Part shown: one piece after another, positions 1-14,451 of the stretch | Position numbering within the stretch: position 1 is the first letter of the stretch | Layout: the number at the start of each line of letters is the position of its first letter | Origin: Phyllosticta citribraziliensis | Taxonomy: Eukaryota | Length of the DNA stretch: 64,000 nucleotides | Direction: 5' to 3' | Assembly (NCBI RefSeq): GCF_038025025.1 | Contig: NW_027117342.1 | Location: 1,860,001 to 1,924,000 of the forward strand | The notes under the pieces: generated by a model | The model's input: the letters and a program-made list of their open reading frames with translations, nothing else | What the model was told of the DNA's origin: nothing | Database searches by the model: none | Translations under genes and position numbers: made by a program

Positions 1-2443
1 AGACACCCTGTCTATTCTCATTGACACTCGCCCAGAGCGCCTCCGTTGTGAGCAGAGCTTCTAAAGTCTGAAAAATTGAGACATCCTTGGACATTTCAAA
101 TGTTCAAAGGCTCCTGCAGCAGTCATGCCATCCTCGAGCCCAAAGGTCTCTCTTGGGTTTGCCGGAATGGGCAGTCGGACTTCCGCATCGGGGAGAAAAG
201 GCATGTGCACCAGAAGAGGCAAAAAAGGACAAGCGACGCGTAGTGCTGGTATCTCGTGAGAAGGAAGTTCTTGTCCGGAAGCCAAAGACTCGCAAGCATC
301 GGACGAAGAAATGGAAATGAGAGTTCACAGTCAGTCGGTCTTGCTGCGTTGACGGCCATCTATGTCACTTGGACAGATTGATGTAAGACTCTTCGGTGCA
401 CTCGCTGATTCTCATGCTCTTTCAGAGTATGGAGAAAGGAAGACGACGGTAAATCCAGATATACGCGGGGTGCAAGATAGCCTTACTCTTGCAGCAACAA
501 TTCTCAGTGTGACAGCATCACTCGGCGCGTGGGAGACAGTCCAATCAGCCATCGTAATCCCTCCCTGCCTTGTCGTCGAAAAGGCAGGAGCTGACGGCGG
601 AAAACGCTTTTGACGAGCCCGGGAGGTGAGCTGTTTGCCGGTGAAAGTCAAGAGCATGTGGAAGTGGAGTGGAGGAGTATCAGACGCACATGGTGCGGCC
701 CCACAGCGGCAAGTGGGTGGTGTGGAGCGAGTGGGTACCTCGCATGGCTGAATTCCTCAAAAGGGATGCGTCAGTGTTCGTCGTCAACTATGTAGATGCA
801 AGGCCGTAGTTACGTAGCCACGCGGAGCAAGGCCGCCGTCCTGCAAGAGCCCGACTCGCCTAGGCACGGATACATGCCAATCGAAGCAGCATTCCACTCG
901 CTAGACCGCGCAGGCACTGGAACGTGGCGACCAACTGAGCCATCGCACGTTTCGAGGCAGAGTCCTCCAGCTTTGTTTCTCGTCGCCTTCGAGGTTGGAT
1001 GCTGAGTTGGTCGTCCTCGGCTAGGCAGCAAGGCGACAAGACATGCGGTACTCCTTAACTGACGACCTGACTGATGGAACAGACTCTTGCCTGCAAACGG
1101 AACAAACCTAGTTTCCAATACTCACGCAGCTACCGGCCTTCCGGATGCCATGCCTTGTTTGGAAACAGTGCCCTGACGAGTGGACCTTTGGGATCACATC
1201 ACGTGGAGTAGTCGTTGCAAGTGCCGTGCACTTGACGAGCAGCCAGAGAAGGTGGACGGAGATCCCTTTTCAATGCGGCGGCTACGTACGCGAGAAGAGA
1301 GAAAAGCAAGACTGACATGTACGCAGTCTGGCCCAGTCTCTGAGCAGCAGTCGAAAGATGTCAGACAAGCACGGCGCTTTGGACATGCAGACATCACGCG
1401 CGCAAGCAGCCGGCGAGGCTGTGGAGAGCAGCCCCTTGACTTCCGCAACGCGCCAATGAAAAGACAGTTTGCGAGCCAGAAACGACGTGACTGATGTAGC
1501 GGGCCGGGCTGGGTGCGCTTATCAGAGCTGCAGCGTCGGCCTCTTTGGGCACGTAAGGTAGGTTTGTCGGACACTTGGCCGGCTTTGGCGCAAAGCGAAA
1601 AGGGCGCTGAGAGCACACAATCGGCGGAGCAACGCCATGCTGCACCAGCAGTGGAGACGGACTTCATATAGTTCGATCCTCAGTTGTTTTGCATTCCGAA
1701 GCGTAGCTGGGAGGGGAGGGGCGCCAGTCACACCACCATCACGTCCGTAGTCGTAACCTCGCAGCGAGCAACAGCCTGGCGTCCAATCAGCAACGAGCAG
1801 GGCTAAAAGCAGCGTCGCGGTCGATGTAGGGGACACACTGCCAGAGTCGAAGAGACGAAGATGATGGGCTGCAACGAGAGAGTCCGAATGAGCACCTTGT
1901 TTTGTGAGATGATCGGCCAAATTGGCGGAGGCGTCGAGCCAACGAGGTCGTGGTGTTTGGAGGCTGTGGTTACGGCTGACAGGGGAGGCGGGTGCGGGGT
2001 GCGGGGAAATGCTTCACGCCACTACCGCACTACCTGTAGGGACCCTCTCACCTCTCTGGCCTGGCATGCCATGCCATGCCATGGCATGACATGGGCCCTG
2101 TGAAATGGGACTCCTGCAGCTCATGTGCTTCTTATAAGACGGTGCCACCAATATGGTGTCTGTCATGACTCCTCAACCGTCCTCTTGTCTCGTCTCCTGC
2201 CTCGTTGCTTCCCATCTGAAAGCCAGCCAGCCAGACAGACGCCTGAACCGAACGCATCCTTTATCCTTCCCAGAACAGCAAGGTCTCTCCTTGCCTGCAA
2301 CCACCGGCGTACCTCCAGTTAGCTCGTGACCAAACCCTCTCTCTCACCTACCTGCTCTCGACGAGCCATCTCCACTCCATCTCTCTCAAAATACCCAAAG
2401 CCAACCAAAGACCAACGACAACAACATCACCCAAACACTCACC

Positions 2444-2758
2444 ATGGTATTCCTGCAAACCTCGTCCGAAGTCATGGCCATGGGCCTCAACGCCGCCGCC
2501 TTCAGCGTGGCCGCCTACCTTCCTCTCCGCTACTTTGGGCCCAAGGTCATGCCCCGCCGCGCTGCTCGCATCGCAGAGCGTCAGGCAACGCGGTCGGCCA
2601 GCACGTCGGCCATTCCCGGAGCCTCCGCTGCTGCCGTCGGTGGTGCTGCAACGGCTGGTGCTCTCGCCGGACAATCACACGGTTGGCGAGGCAGCGTGGC
2701 TGCGTTGCTGCGCTTGGGCACGAGGGGCCGTGGTGGTGGAAGCCTGCGGGGCTCGTAG
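2444..2758 (+). CDS. small hypothetical protein (104 aa, Ala/Gly-rich, hydrophobic N-terminus)
   Basis: CACC-ATG-G start context after a CT/CA-rich leader. Apparent intron just after the stop (GTAAGT 2778, GCTGAC branch, CAG 2861). No recognisable family. Confidence 0.45.
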   Translation: MVFLQTSSEVMAMGLNAAAFSVAAYLPLRYFGPKVMPRRAARIAERQATRSASTSAIPGASAAAVGGAATAGALAGQSHGWRGSVAALLRLGTRGRGGGSLRGS

Positions 2759-4377
2759 ACGTCGTGTTCCTTTCGAGGTAAGTTCCATGATGGCAAAGGC
2801 CTTTCCGAAGTTGAGTGGGTTGTCGACCAGGTGCTGACTGACTGGCTGGCTGGCTGAGCAGACGCAACACCACAATGCATCGCACAATCGGCGATGAGAC
2901 GGAGACACTGCTCGCGTAGACGGTGTACTCGCAGTCGGGGTGCTCAGTGATCGGTCATCTGCACCGTCGTCAGCTTTCATCTTTTCTTTTCCGTTGCGTC
3001 CAACCGACCGACCGACCGACCTGGGACTCTCTTTTGTTTCAACCTCTTTGATGACTCGGGGTGTTGGGGATTGCTGTTGGCTTCACTTGACACATTTGAT
3101 AAACCCTTGTCTTGTTCCTTTACTTCTCTTGCTGTCTTGATTCTTCCTCGGAGACTGTTACTGCGGTTGCTCGATTTGCTGTCGTGTTCGAGAGAAGGTC
3201 CACAACGATAAAGCCACCATGTAGAGCTAGACCCAGACAGAAGAAGCTGGTAGCAGCAAATGCTCAAGGTACCATGAGCCTTTTCTTACCTTGACAAGCT
3301 GTGATGATGGGGGAAAGACAGAGAGGGCGCAAAATTCTCAACAGGCCCTCGGTCGGCGCGTCGTCGCCTCTTAAATGTACGTACCCTTACCCCGGAGCGC
3401 ACCGACCTCACCCGAGGCTTCCCGACGGCCGACGATGATGGGCCAGTGGGGTTGTGGGGCTGCTCCACGCCTCCGCCCTCCGCAAGCCCGGGGCACGATT
3501 CCTTCGAACGACAACCTGACGAGCATGTCTATCCGATGAGACGCCGTGATGCCGTTGTCCGAGAATTGTTGAGAGGGGGGCAAATGGCACGGCAGGGGGA
3601 GAGGGTGAGGCTGCATGGAGAACGTGCTACGAGACAGATAGGAAGCTAGATTGTATAATGGTTGGCCGGCTGCTCGCTCGCTCGTTGTACACACCGTTGA
3701 ATTCATCTTCGTTGAATTACCTTGCTCTTCATCTTTTTCCTTCTGCTTCGATGCTGGGTAGCCTCGTTCTCTTGAGCCCCACAACGCCGCCGTTCTATGG
3801 TAGTACTCTACATGTACCTAAGTTGGCTCGCTAAAGCCCATGACCCGTCGTCGGTTCCGTCTTTGTTGCTTTCATCAAGTGCACACTATCCCACATCACC
3901 TCCATCATCTACCGCATCTCCGTTTGCTATCTCACAAAGTCATCGCCGACTTACCTGAATACCCAGAGCTCCACGCAGAGCACCAAGCCAGGGAAGCCAC
4001 GCAAGACTCACGCCATTACGACATGACGTGACGAAAGCCCCATCTTGCTGGCCGGCATGCTGAATCGCTCGCCCAAGCAAAGACACGCCGTGACTGGCCA
4101 GCCTGGATTTCGCGATACGGCGTCTACAGGCCAATACGCCGCCGCGGATGCCACTGCTGCGCGTTTCTGCTGCTCGCCGCGGACCGCAGGGGTGAGGCAG
4201 GCAGGTAGGGAGGTAGGTTGCTGGGAGCACCTCAGCTGGCTAGCTGCGAGGAATCACGCGGTCCGCCAGCCTTAACGTTAAGCGCGCTGTCTTTTGTTGG
4301 GGATGCCGTAAAAGAATTATAGGTCGCTGATGCCCGTCATCGCCTGCTCTTCTCTCGTTTTCCCTTTTCTGCTCCGA

Positions 4378-6234
4378 TCAATCGTGTTCGGCGACGGCTG
4401 CGTTCCGCTCGCTCTCTGATGCTCTCCGCGCGGCTTCCGCCTCCGCATCCCCACCACTCTGATCCTCGTCATCACCACCCAACCGCAAGCCCGGCCTGAC
4501 AAAAAAGCTCGCAGCCCACGCTACCGCAAAGACAGCCGTCAGGGCGATCCACACGGCCTGCGCAAACGACGCCACAGTCGCCGCGTAAATGGCATTGAAG
4601 ACCGTGGGCGCGACGACGCGGGCGAGGGCGTGCAAGAGGCCAATGGCGCCCAGCAGCTGGCCCGTTCGGTCAGGGGGCACGTGTTTGGTCAGGCTGGACT
4701 GCAGCGTCGGGCTGCCGATGCCGCCGGCGGCCGCCACGGCGCTGGAGATGAGGAACGAGTTGGAGCTACGCGACAGCGTGTATCCGAGGTAGCCCAGCGT
4801 GTCGAAGAAGATGGCGGTGCGGATGATGCCGAGGTCGACGGCGTCGGCGCCTGCGGGCGGCTGGTTGTTGCGCGCAGATGCTTCGCGGTCGCGCGCTCGC
4901 CCGCGGAAGACGCGATTGATGAGCGGCAGGACGATCATGAGGAAGAAGACGCGGCTGCCGTTGGAGATGGACACAAGGCGCGACGTCTCGAAGTTGGTCC
5001 AGTTGAAGGTATGGCTCGTATAGATGATGGCGACGTTGACAGCGCCCATGTGCACACCAAACACGGTCGTGTCGACGGCCGCCAACAGGAGCAGGTTGCG
5101 CCGCAGCGCCGGACTCGTCCCCCGGCCCTTGGGATACAGCACCTTGAGCGGCTCGAACAGGTTGAAGTTGCGAATCTGGTCGATCCAATCAGACGACGGC
5201 GGGATGGCGGCGCGCTCCAGTGCGTGCTTCTCGCGGGCTGCCGCCTGGCGCGCTTTGGTAAGCGACTCGGGGACGCAGAGGCCTGTCAAGAGGATAAAAG
5301 CAACGTGCACGCCAATGGAGATGTAAAAGATGGAAACGATGGAGCCCATGGCTCGGATGATGTACGCAGAGACAATGGGACCAAGGGCTACCCCTGTAAA
5401 CAGCGCGGCATGGAAGTACCCAAAAACAGTGCTGCGACGGTCCACAGGGATGCAGTCCGTGGCGTAAGAATGTGCGATTGCCATGGCGGCGATAAAGGAA
5501 CCGCAGAGGCCCTCGACCGCGTACGCTGCCAGGATCCAGTTCACAGGGAACTTCTCGGGAAAGTTTGCAGCGCAAAGGATGATAGCGTCGCCAATCAGCA
5601 TGCCGGTGCTGGTGATAACGATGATTCGCAACCGGCCGTACCGATCTGAGAGCGCGCCCAGCTTGGGCGACGTGATGGCGCACAAGATTCCTGACATCAG
5701 GTTACCATAGAGCGTAAACTGGGCGACCTGGGCCGACACGTCTGCCGAGTGACATTGAGGATTCCCCGTGCCGACATCGAGGGGGAGATTGGCCAGCATG
5801 GGGTTCGAAATGGCTTCGTCTGCAAAATACCGGCGGCAGATGAGCGAGATGATGAGGTTCATCTTGGGAACAATGATTCCAGCGTTTGCCAAGGCAGTAA
5901 TGAAAAACATTGGGAGCATCCAGTACACCTACAGCACAGCCACCATTAGCACGAAGGTCGTAATAGGCGTCTGAGATGGACCACTGACAGAAGGCCGTCT
6001 ATACCATGGCAGAGCAGCGAACTCCGAGTATGGCGGTGGCCTGTCGTCGTCATCGACTTTTGGCAGCAATGGAGCGCGTTCATCGTCTCTTCTTTGGGTG
6101 TCAAAACCACCGACAGCAGAAACGACCATGTCATGGCCGTCGTGGAGTCCATCTGGCGCAGCGTTTCGGCGAGCACGCACAGCAATGTCGGCGGCAGCGT
6201 CAGCCTCGAAGACGGGCTCGCTCTCGACTGTCAT
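4378..6234 (-). CDS. MFS transporter (tetracycline-efflux/SLC46-like), ~598 aa
   Basis: Exons 6234-5989 and 5928-4378, intron GTCAGT..CTAAT..TAG. About 12 hydrophobic segments and MFS motif A 'GALSDRYGR'. Confidence 0.92.
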
Positions 6235-7262
6235 GGTGGGCTGGAGATGGCCTGGGGGCTGGGAACCACGGCCAGACGAGGTGGACAAAAGAGCAGTCAG
6301 GCAACAACAAACGAAAACAAAAACGGAGCGCAGAGGGAATGCGGAGAGAGGGCACGGGAGGCTAAAGAACAGAGGTCGAAGGAATGTCCCCAAGGACGGA
6401 CGAAAGGTCTTGCTATCAGCACTGTTGGACTTGTTGATAGCCTGTTTCGGGACCGTGGAGCGATTGGACAGGCGTCGGAGGAGTCGTCTTGTCCAGGTTG
6501 TTGGGCGTCATGGGCACCCGCTGGTCGGTGATTTGGCACGTTTCTGCGTGCCCTCTTGCGACACGACACGGGTTCCTTGGATGGTTTTGCAATGCCGTGT
6601 CGCAGTCGAGTCCCTGAAAGAAGCAAGACGTGGAAGAAATTGCCGCTGTTGGGACGGCAGAGCTGATGGGGTACCTCGCAGGAAAAAGAGAAATGGATGT
6701 GTGGTTTTGCCAGGACTGTCTGACGCCTCGGCGTATCGGTGCAATATGCAAGGATGTATGGTACTATCATGGCGTCTTCTTGTCGTCACCGTCATCGTCA
6801 ATCTCTGCTCCGCATCGTAATCCCACTCTGCCATCTGGCATCGGCCCCGCCATGTGGGGTCCTCCCTCGGCTGACTAGAGACGACTGTCAGATCGTCCAG
6901 CCTCTCGCCGTCTCACGATAGAGCTATTAGAGCATCGAGCGCAGCTCTTCGACGACCTAAAGAGCAGGGTTGTTCCTTTCTCGTAACCTTGTAAAAAACC
7001 ACTTTTGACGCCCGGCGGACGCGGAAGCGGGACCGATGTTTAGTCTTCACTGTCGCTCCCGAGAGCTTGTCCGCACCTCACTCCAACCCACATGTACCCA
7101 AGTTCCTTATGCCCAAGATAAAAATACAAGTTCCTTGCAACACTGTCGCTCCGCCAGGGCTTCTGCTGATCAATCAGCACCCGGACCGCAACTCTGCCGG
7201 TTCCCGTGCCTGTTCCTTTCTGACATTTGTAATCCGCCACATGTACTGATATCATCATTCGT

Positions 7263-8687
<1,425 letters not shown>

Positions 8688-9018
8688 GTTGGGCGAGGTG
8701 GCGGCGGAAGTGTATGAAGGACGAGGAATTATCGATTGCTACCTTTGCATCGTCTTGTAGCAATTGAAGATTAGAAACGACAAGAAGCGTAAGATGGATT
8801 AGGAAGTCTGGTGGTCTGGCCGAGAAGAACGAACAGCATGCGCACGGGAAAGCCGCGACTCCCGATCGTCATCGCATCCTGGTGCGCTATGCTGACCGCC
8901 CGACAATCGGCGCCACTCAGACGCGACATTTGAATATCAAAGTCTCTGCGCTCCTGATTGGTCCATTTCGACACCATAGTGCCCTCGGATAGTATCCATC
9001 TATAAAATCTACCACCAT

Positions 9019-10399
9019 TTACGCCCGGCGATATATACCGAATATCCAACTCAGCCTCAAAATTGCCAGCCCCCACGCCATCCCAAGACTGTCCTTGATG
9101 ACATTCAACTTGCTGCCCATTACTTCTTTCCAGCCCACAGCTACCTCTGCCATGGGAATTTGCGCGCTCTCCGCCAACATGAGCATTTCCACGTCGAAGA
9201 TCCAGCCCTCGCTGTGCATGTAGGGTATTATGTATGGCAACGCGGCCCGAGAAAACAGCTTGAAGCCGCATTGAGTGTCTTTGACTGCGGCAGTAGCCGG
9301 CGGGGTCATTAGGCGGAGGAACAAATGGAACGAGTGCATCAAGAAGTTGCGAAGCTTGGAGCGCTGTAACAATGTTAACCACCAGGGACATTGCGCATAG
9401 GGAGATGCGTACACTTGCCTTGACAACTGCTTCACTCCCCACGAGATGTGCCCTCGATCCAATGCCAACGCCTCGTCCGAGCCCGTCTTCAACTTTTTGA
9501 CATCCCGCAACCAACTTCTTCAAGTCTGTAATCTCACTTGCACCATCTGCATCCGCAAACACCACGTACTGCCCCCGGGCATGACGCATGCCGTGCGTTA
9601 CTGCTCCTCCCTTACCCCTATTCTCTGCCAGACTAATCACTCTGATGGAGCCGTGTGGGATGTTGGTTGGGCCGGGCTTAGTCTTCCAGGGACCAGGGAC
9701 GGGAGTTGGATACTGGGAGAGCTGGTGATCGCGCGCAAAGTTGAGAGCGTACTCTTCCGTCTTGTCCGTCGAGCCGTCCGACACGACCAGAATCTCCCAT
9801 CCCGACCCCACGCGAGACGCTGTATCCGGAGTGCCGTTGGACAATGGTTGCTGGCCGTTCAATTCCTTTGCCGTCACGGATGGGGAGCGCTTTTCGATCT
9901 CGGGACCGTGGGCATCGCCATATTCGTGCTGCAAGAACTCCACTGCCTCTTCCAGCATGCCACCTAGTCGCTGTTCTTCGTTGTATGCGGGCACCACGAC
10001 GGACACGAAGACCTCGGCACCATCGACAAGATTCGCGTCATCCGTCGTCTTCCCGCTGCGCCGCGCCGATTCCTTTTCAGCCACCCATTGGTCGTACCAA
10101 CATGGCAGTTTCTTGGGCTCGCTAATCGTCCCGTCTGGCAGGATAGTTCGGTACGTCTTTTCCGAGGGGTACGGAAGACGCGGACTCGGGGCGACGACGA
10201 GGAGAAAGGTGTAAAACTAGAGGAAGCGGTTAGAGGAATGCGGTTCGGAGATTGGGCAAAGGGCAGGCGTGCGTACCAGGGCCGCGAGACTCAGCGCGCC
10301 GGTGACCAGGAACAAGACGATGAGCGGGAGGGGCGCCTGCCGGAGCAGATCCATGCCTCTCAGCAGCGCGGTGCTGAGCGCCTCGACGAGTGCCGTCAT
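9019..10399 (-). CDS. ALG5: dolichyl-phosphate beta-glucosyltransferase, ~421 aa
   Basis: Exons 10399-10277, 10216-9419, 9363-9019. N-terminal TM segment and GT2 motifs VVVPAYNEEQRL, NRGKGGAV, FADADGAS, DTQCGFKLF, WIFDVEML. Confidence 0.95.
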
Positions 10400-11405
10400 G
10401 ACGAGACGGGTTGTCCAGCGAATACAGGGTGCTCGGGTTTAAGAAAGGGAGCGCCCATTGAGCGGCACGGCTGCGACTGGAGACGACGGGAGATGGACGG
10501 GCAGTGCGGATTTTCTAGAGCGATACTGGGACGAGGGAAGCGACAGACATCAGCTCCGAGGCCGACGAAGAGCGAACTGGCATGCCAATCGAACGCAATG
10601 GTAAAGTCGTTGCTGGTTGCGTGGTGTCTGACGACGTTGCCAGATCGCTGCTCCGGGCCGCAAGAGCTAGTCCCTGCATTATGCTCGCCGCCTCGCGTGC
10701 TCCCTGCTGCCACTTTCCGCAACCATCCCGGTTTCGCTGATCGTGGCATTCCAAACTTTATGGTTGAAGTTTCTTCTCTTCTTCAAGCGTCAAGCTTGGA
10801 TCCCTCTTTTCAGCTCAGTCGGTCTCTGATGGCGCATTGGCGTCCAGGCCATGCATATTCCTTGTGATGAGTTAATCGTGCTCAAGTCTTCCCCAGCAAA
10901 TTTACAGGGTCCATATCCAGGCAGGGCGACGACATCACAAATCATTTTGTTCATCATGAAAGATCTGGACTCTTAATTTTGGTCTCCCCGTTCTCTAGAG
11001 GGAATGTCCAAACTCAAAACACTCTAGCTCGTCTATATTCGAAATGCTGTGCTACTTGGGTTTAACGAAAACCCCATCTCCACAGCCAGCTTCTGTCAAC
11101 AAGACACGTCGAGCTCAACCGCCTATGTACCTAGCCGCAACATAGGGTGGCTGAGCAGCGCAGCACAGCACACCGTCGGTCAGACTCAAAACCATCCTAC
11201 CTAACTACCTAACTACCTAACAGACCCTGCCCTGTCCACTCCCAAACCCCCAACACGAGCACGCAAACCCACCATCCCTCCTCTGCACCGGTTGGTTGGA
11301 ATCACGACGCCTCCAAAAGCCTTAGCAGCGTACACGTCGACCGCTCTCTGGCCTTTCTCGTGCCGCGATTCGCAGCGCTTCCAGCGTCTCCTGTTTCATG
11401 CGCGG

Positions 11406-11427
11406 CCCCCCCCCCCCCCCCCCCCCC
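11406..11427. repeat. poly(C) tract (~22 nt)
   Basis: Uninterrupted C run visible in the sequence. Confidence 0.9.
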
Positions 11428-11513
11428 TTGTCCGCAGTCCGCAGTCCGCACGAGAGCCGGCCGGTTCTTGTTTCAGAAAAGTGTCGAGAGACGCGCCTCC
11501 TGTTTTTGATGAT

Positions 11514-11979
11514 TCACGCACCCACGCCCGCACGCCTGCACGCCCGCGAAAAGGCTGCTGACCTGTCAAACTTCCTTGGCCTGTGATTGATGGCGGCGAC
11601 GGGCCAGAGCGAGCGGAATTCCGCTCGTGTGCTGGGATCGTGGTATCGTCGCCAAGCTGTCTTCTTGCTTCCCTGCTTGCCCCGTGTCTACATACAGTAG
11701 TAGGTGCGGCAGGTAGTCAGTCCTGCGATGAGGATCGCATGGAAGCCTCCTGACTCGCCGTATCGGCGAGTTCGAAAACTGAACGTGGCGGCATAATATT
11801 ATTATGGCGAATATCAACCACACGACAATGGTCACTGATAATGGGTTCACCAGCGCCCCCAGTCAGCCAGTCAGCAAGGGAGGGCGGTAGTGATGGGGGC
11901 TATGTGTACAAGGCATTGATGCAGCTGGATGCATTCTGTTCTTCGACCCTCCTTCTGGAACGGCCCGCATGAACGCCAT
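11514..11979 (-). CDS. possible small spliced single-pass membrane protein
   Basis: CACC-ATG at 11979 after a (CAACAG)n leader. Two candidate introns with CTGAC branch sites flank a hydrophobic exon (TIVVWLIFAIIILC). Donor sites are weak. Confidence 0.3.
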
Positions 11980-12375
11980 GGTGCCGCGATCCTGGTGTGT
12001 CGGCTTGATTTGCCAGGCCTGGATGGTGAGGTGTCTGTTTTGTGATGGGTGGCAGCCTTGCTGTTGGCATGTGTGGATGGGCGTGTGCTTGGTTGTTGCT
12101 GTTGCTGTTGCTGTTGCCAGGATAATTCACAGATAAATCTATGAGTGTAGATCAAGACAAGAGATGGTTACATCAGACTGAGGTTATTCGCAAACTCATT
12201 CGTAGCCGGAGGTTCAGAACTGTCGGTTTATATAAGAGACGGCATGGAGGAGGAAGAAGAAGAAAACGTCTCAGTTCAATGCTTGCTTGTAGTACCTGTC
12301 AGCCGTAGTCCTCGTCTGCGACTGACAGCGAGGGCCATTTGGTTGTCTGGAATTCATTACTTCGTTCATCGTCTC

Positions 12376-14451
12376 TTATGCTGCGCCTTCGACCTTGACG
12401 TCGCCAGCAGTCGGCACACTCGCCGCGGTCTTTGGATCGCTTCCATCCAGCGGCTTCTCTGCCGCCGGACCCTTCTCGACGGACTCCTTTGCCTCGCCGC
12501 CGCCTTGACCCTCCTTGCTCTTACCCTCCTCACCCACACCCTCAGACTCCTTCTTTCTCCCGTCCCAGAATCTCTCCGGAACGCCCTTTGCAGCAACGAC
12601 CCTCCCACCTTCGCCCCTCGGCCCGACAAACGCACCCAGCAAGTTGCTCCAGCGCACCCTGCCCTCGACCCCTCTGCCGACCATGCCAGCCACGAAGCGG
12701 CGAATGCTACGGAATGCAAACTTATCCGCATACGGCAAGCCGGTCAGCGGGTCGCGGTACTTGGCTGGCTGCGCCGTGATGCAGCAGAGCTCGCGGTGCG
12801 GCAGGTGGGCGTTGCGCGCGCCGCGGCCCGGTGGCGGGCGCGGCGGCAGCGCGATGGGCGTGTTGGGCGGCCAGTGGAATAGCGCTCGCGCCAGCGCGTC
12901 GCGGTCTCGCGCTCGCAGGTTGTCGTGGTTGTGGAGGGTGAGGAGGTTGCGCACGGCGCGGAGGACGACTTTGCGGGAAGGCGGCGGCGGGAAGGGCGTC
13001 GAGGAGTCTTGGTTTGGCGCAGGTTGGCTCTCGGGGAATGGAAGGTTGAGCGCGGACGCGTCCGAGGATGTGGAATTCGCAAATGGAGGTGCGGACGAGG
13101 CGTGAGGTTGTTGCGTGGTGCCTTCGGCGGAGGGGAGAGGCGTGGATGGTGGTGGCTGTGATTGAGCATGGGCATGAGAGGAAGATCGGTTGCGCTCTGG
13201 GGACGTTGGGTCCATTGACGCCCAGTCGAAGATGCCGTCCAGAAAACTCGAAGGTGGAGCAAACATGATATTATGGCCTTGACCAGCAGGCATGAGTGTT
13301 TGCGGGAAAGATGAGTTGGAAAGATCATTGGTGGACGGTGGGGCTGCTTTTGGCGACTGTTTTGCGGCTTCGTTGATGGATTGTGCTTCTATAGTCCCTT
13401 CTTTTGCGGATCCCACTTGGAGATTTGAATTCTGCTCATCTACCTTCTGGCCGGCCAACTCAGGTTTCCCCGAATCTGCTGGAAGATGGCCCGTAGTTGG
13501 TTCCACTTGAGGCGTTGTTGAAGTATGGTTTGGTACTTCTCGCTTCTTGGGCGGAGTCTGAGTTTCTTCGGGCTCATTGACAAGGTCCTCGATTTTGCAG
13601 CTGTCTTTACCAACGTGCTTGAGTTTATCATTGACCCAAATGGATGGCCCGCTATAATATCGGATGAATGGTCCGTCGAGCTTACGATTCTTAAGCGCCT
13701 CAAGCCGTGCCTTGTTCTCCTCTGCCTTTTGTCTCTCCGATTCTTCCCAGCGGCTCAGCGTCTTGCTGTTTCTCTTTTCCACTCTCGCCGCCTCGGCCAG
13801 CTTTTCGGCCTGGGTCATGCGCTTGGGCTGGTCCTTTTCTTTGCGCTTCTCGGCCCGCTTCATGGTCTCGAGAATATCCAAGCGGTGCTTCTCCTTTTCC
13901 TCCAGGCTCTGAGCCACCATCTGCTTGTTTTGGACCGTGAGCTGGCGCGAGGACGCGCGTACGGGGCCGGCGTGGGCCTCGGGCAGCCACGATACGCGTT
14001 CGGATTTTTTCTTTGGGCGTGGAGGCGGGGCCATGGCGCCCGTAGTCTCCATGTGATCCGTCTCTTTCCTTTGCTTCTTTTGCTGTATGGCAGCGGCCTC
14101 TGCGAACGGGTCCCGCCGCTTGCGCTTGAGGGCAATCTTTGCCTGGCGCTCCTCTTTGCGCAGGTCCTTTTCGCCAGCATCATCGTCGGCATTCTCGTCG
14201 TCGTCTTCGCTGTCGCTGTCGGACATGACATCGTCGCCAGCCTGTTCCTGGCCGTCACCACCAAAGTCGGCGTCGTCTTCGTCCTCGGCCCAAACGCCAC
14301 TGCCGTAGAATTCTTGGATTTCGTTTTCTTCTTCGGCTATGAGCTTGCGCATAAAGTTGCCCGCGTTGGAGCGGCGCGCGCGAGTTGCGACATTGGAGGG
14401 CTCCGGGTTGGAGGCGGACGAGTCGTCATTGGAGTCTTCTGGGTCGGTCAT
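12376..14451 (-). CDS. VPS72: SWR1 complex subunit Vps72/Swc2 (YL1), 691 aa
   Basis: N-terminal RARRSNAGN motif, acidic tract, TQAEKLAEAARVEKRN, and C-terminal YL1_C motif CCITAQPAKYRDPLTGLPY. Confidence 0.93.
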   Translation of the reverse strand: MTDPEDSNDDSSASNPEPSNVATRARRSNAGNFMRKLIAEEENEIQEFYGSGVWAEDEDDADFGGDGQEQAGDDVMSDSDSEDDDENADDDAGEKDLRKEERQAKIALKRKRRDPFAEAAAIQQKKQRKETDHMETTGAMAPPPRPKKKSERVSWLPEAHAGPVRASSRQLTVQNKQMVAQSLEEKEKHRLDILETMKRAEKRKEKDQPKRMTQAEKLAEAARVEKRNSKTLSRWEESERQKAEENKARLEALKNRKLDGPFIRYYSGPSIWVNDKLKHVGKDSCKIEDLVNEPEETQTPPKKREVPNHTSTTPQVEPTTGHLPADSGKPELAGQKVDEQNSNLQVGSAKEGTIEAQSINEAAKQSPKAAPPSTNDLSNSSFPQTLMPAGQGHNIMFAPPSSFLDGIFDWASMDPTSPERNRSSSHAHAQSQPPPSTPLPSAEGTTQQPHASSAPPFANSTSSDASALNLPFPESQPAPNQDSSTPFPPPPSRKVVLRAVRNLLTLHNHDNLRARDRDALARALFHWPPNTPIALPPRPPPGRGARNAHLPHRELCCITAQPAKYRDPLTGLPYADKFAFRSIRRFVAGMVGRGVEGRVRWSNLLGAFVGPRGEGGRVVAAKGVPERFWDGRKKESEGVGEEGKSKEGQGGGEAKESVEKGPAAEKPLDGSDPKTAASVPTAGDVKVEGAA

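Noticed and set aside
1..2300. Many short overlapping ORFs and a (CATGC)n quasi-palindrome near 2062-2095
   Set aside because: No recognisable domain or consistent exon structure; the repeat is a short simple sequence.
4630..5649. Long opposite-strand ORFs over the MFS gene (also 13525-14652 over VPS72 and 61513-62505 over HMT1)
   Set aside because: Antisense shadows of GC-rich coding sequence with no independent motifs.
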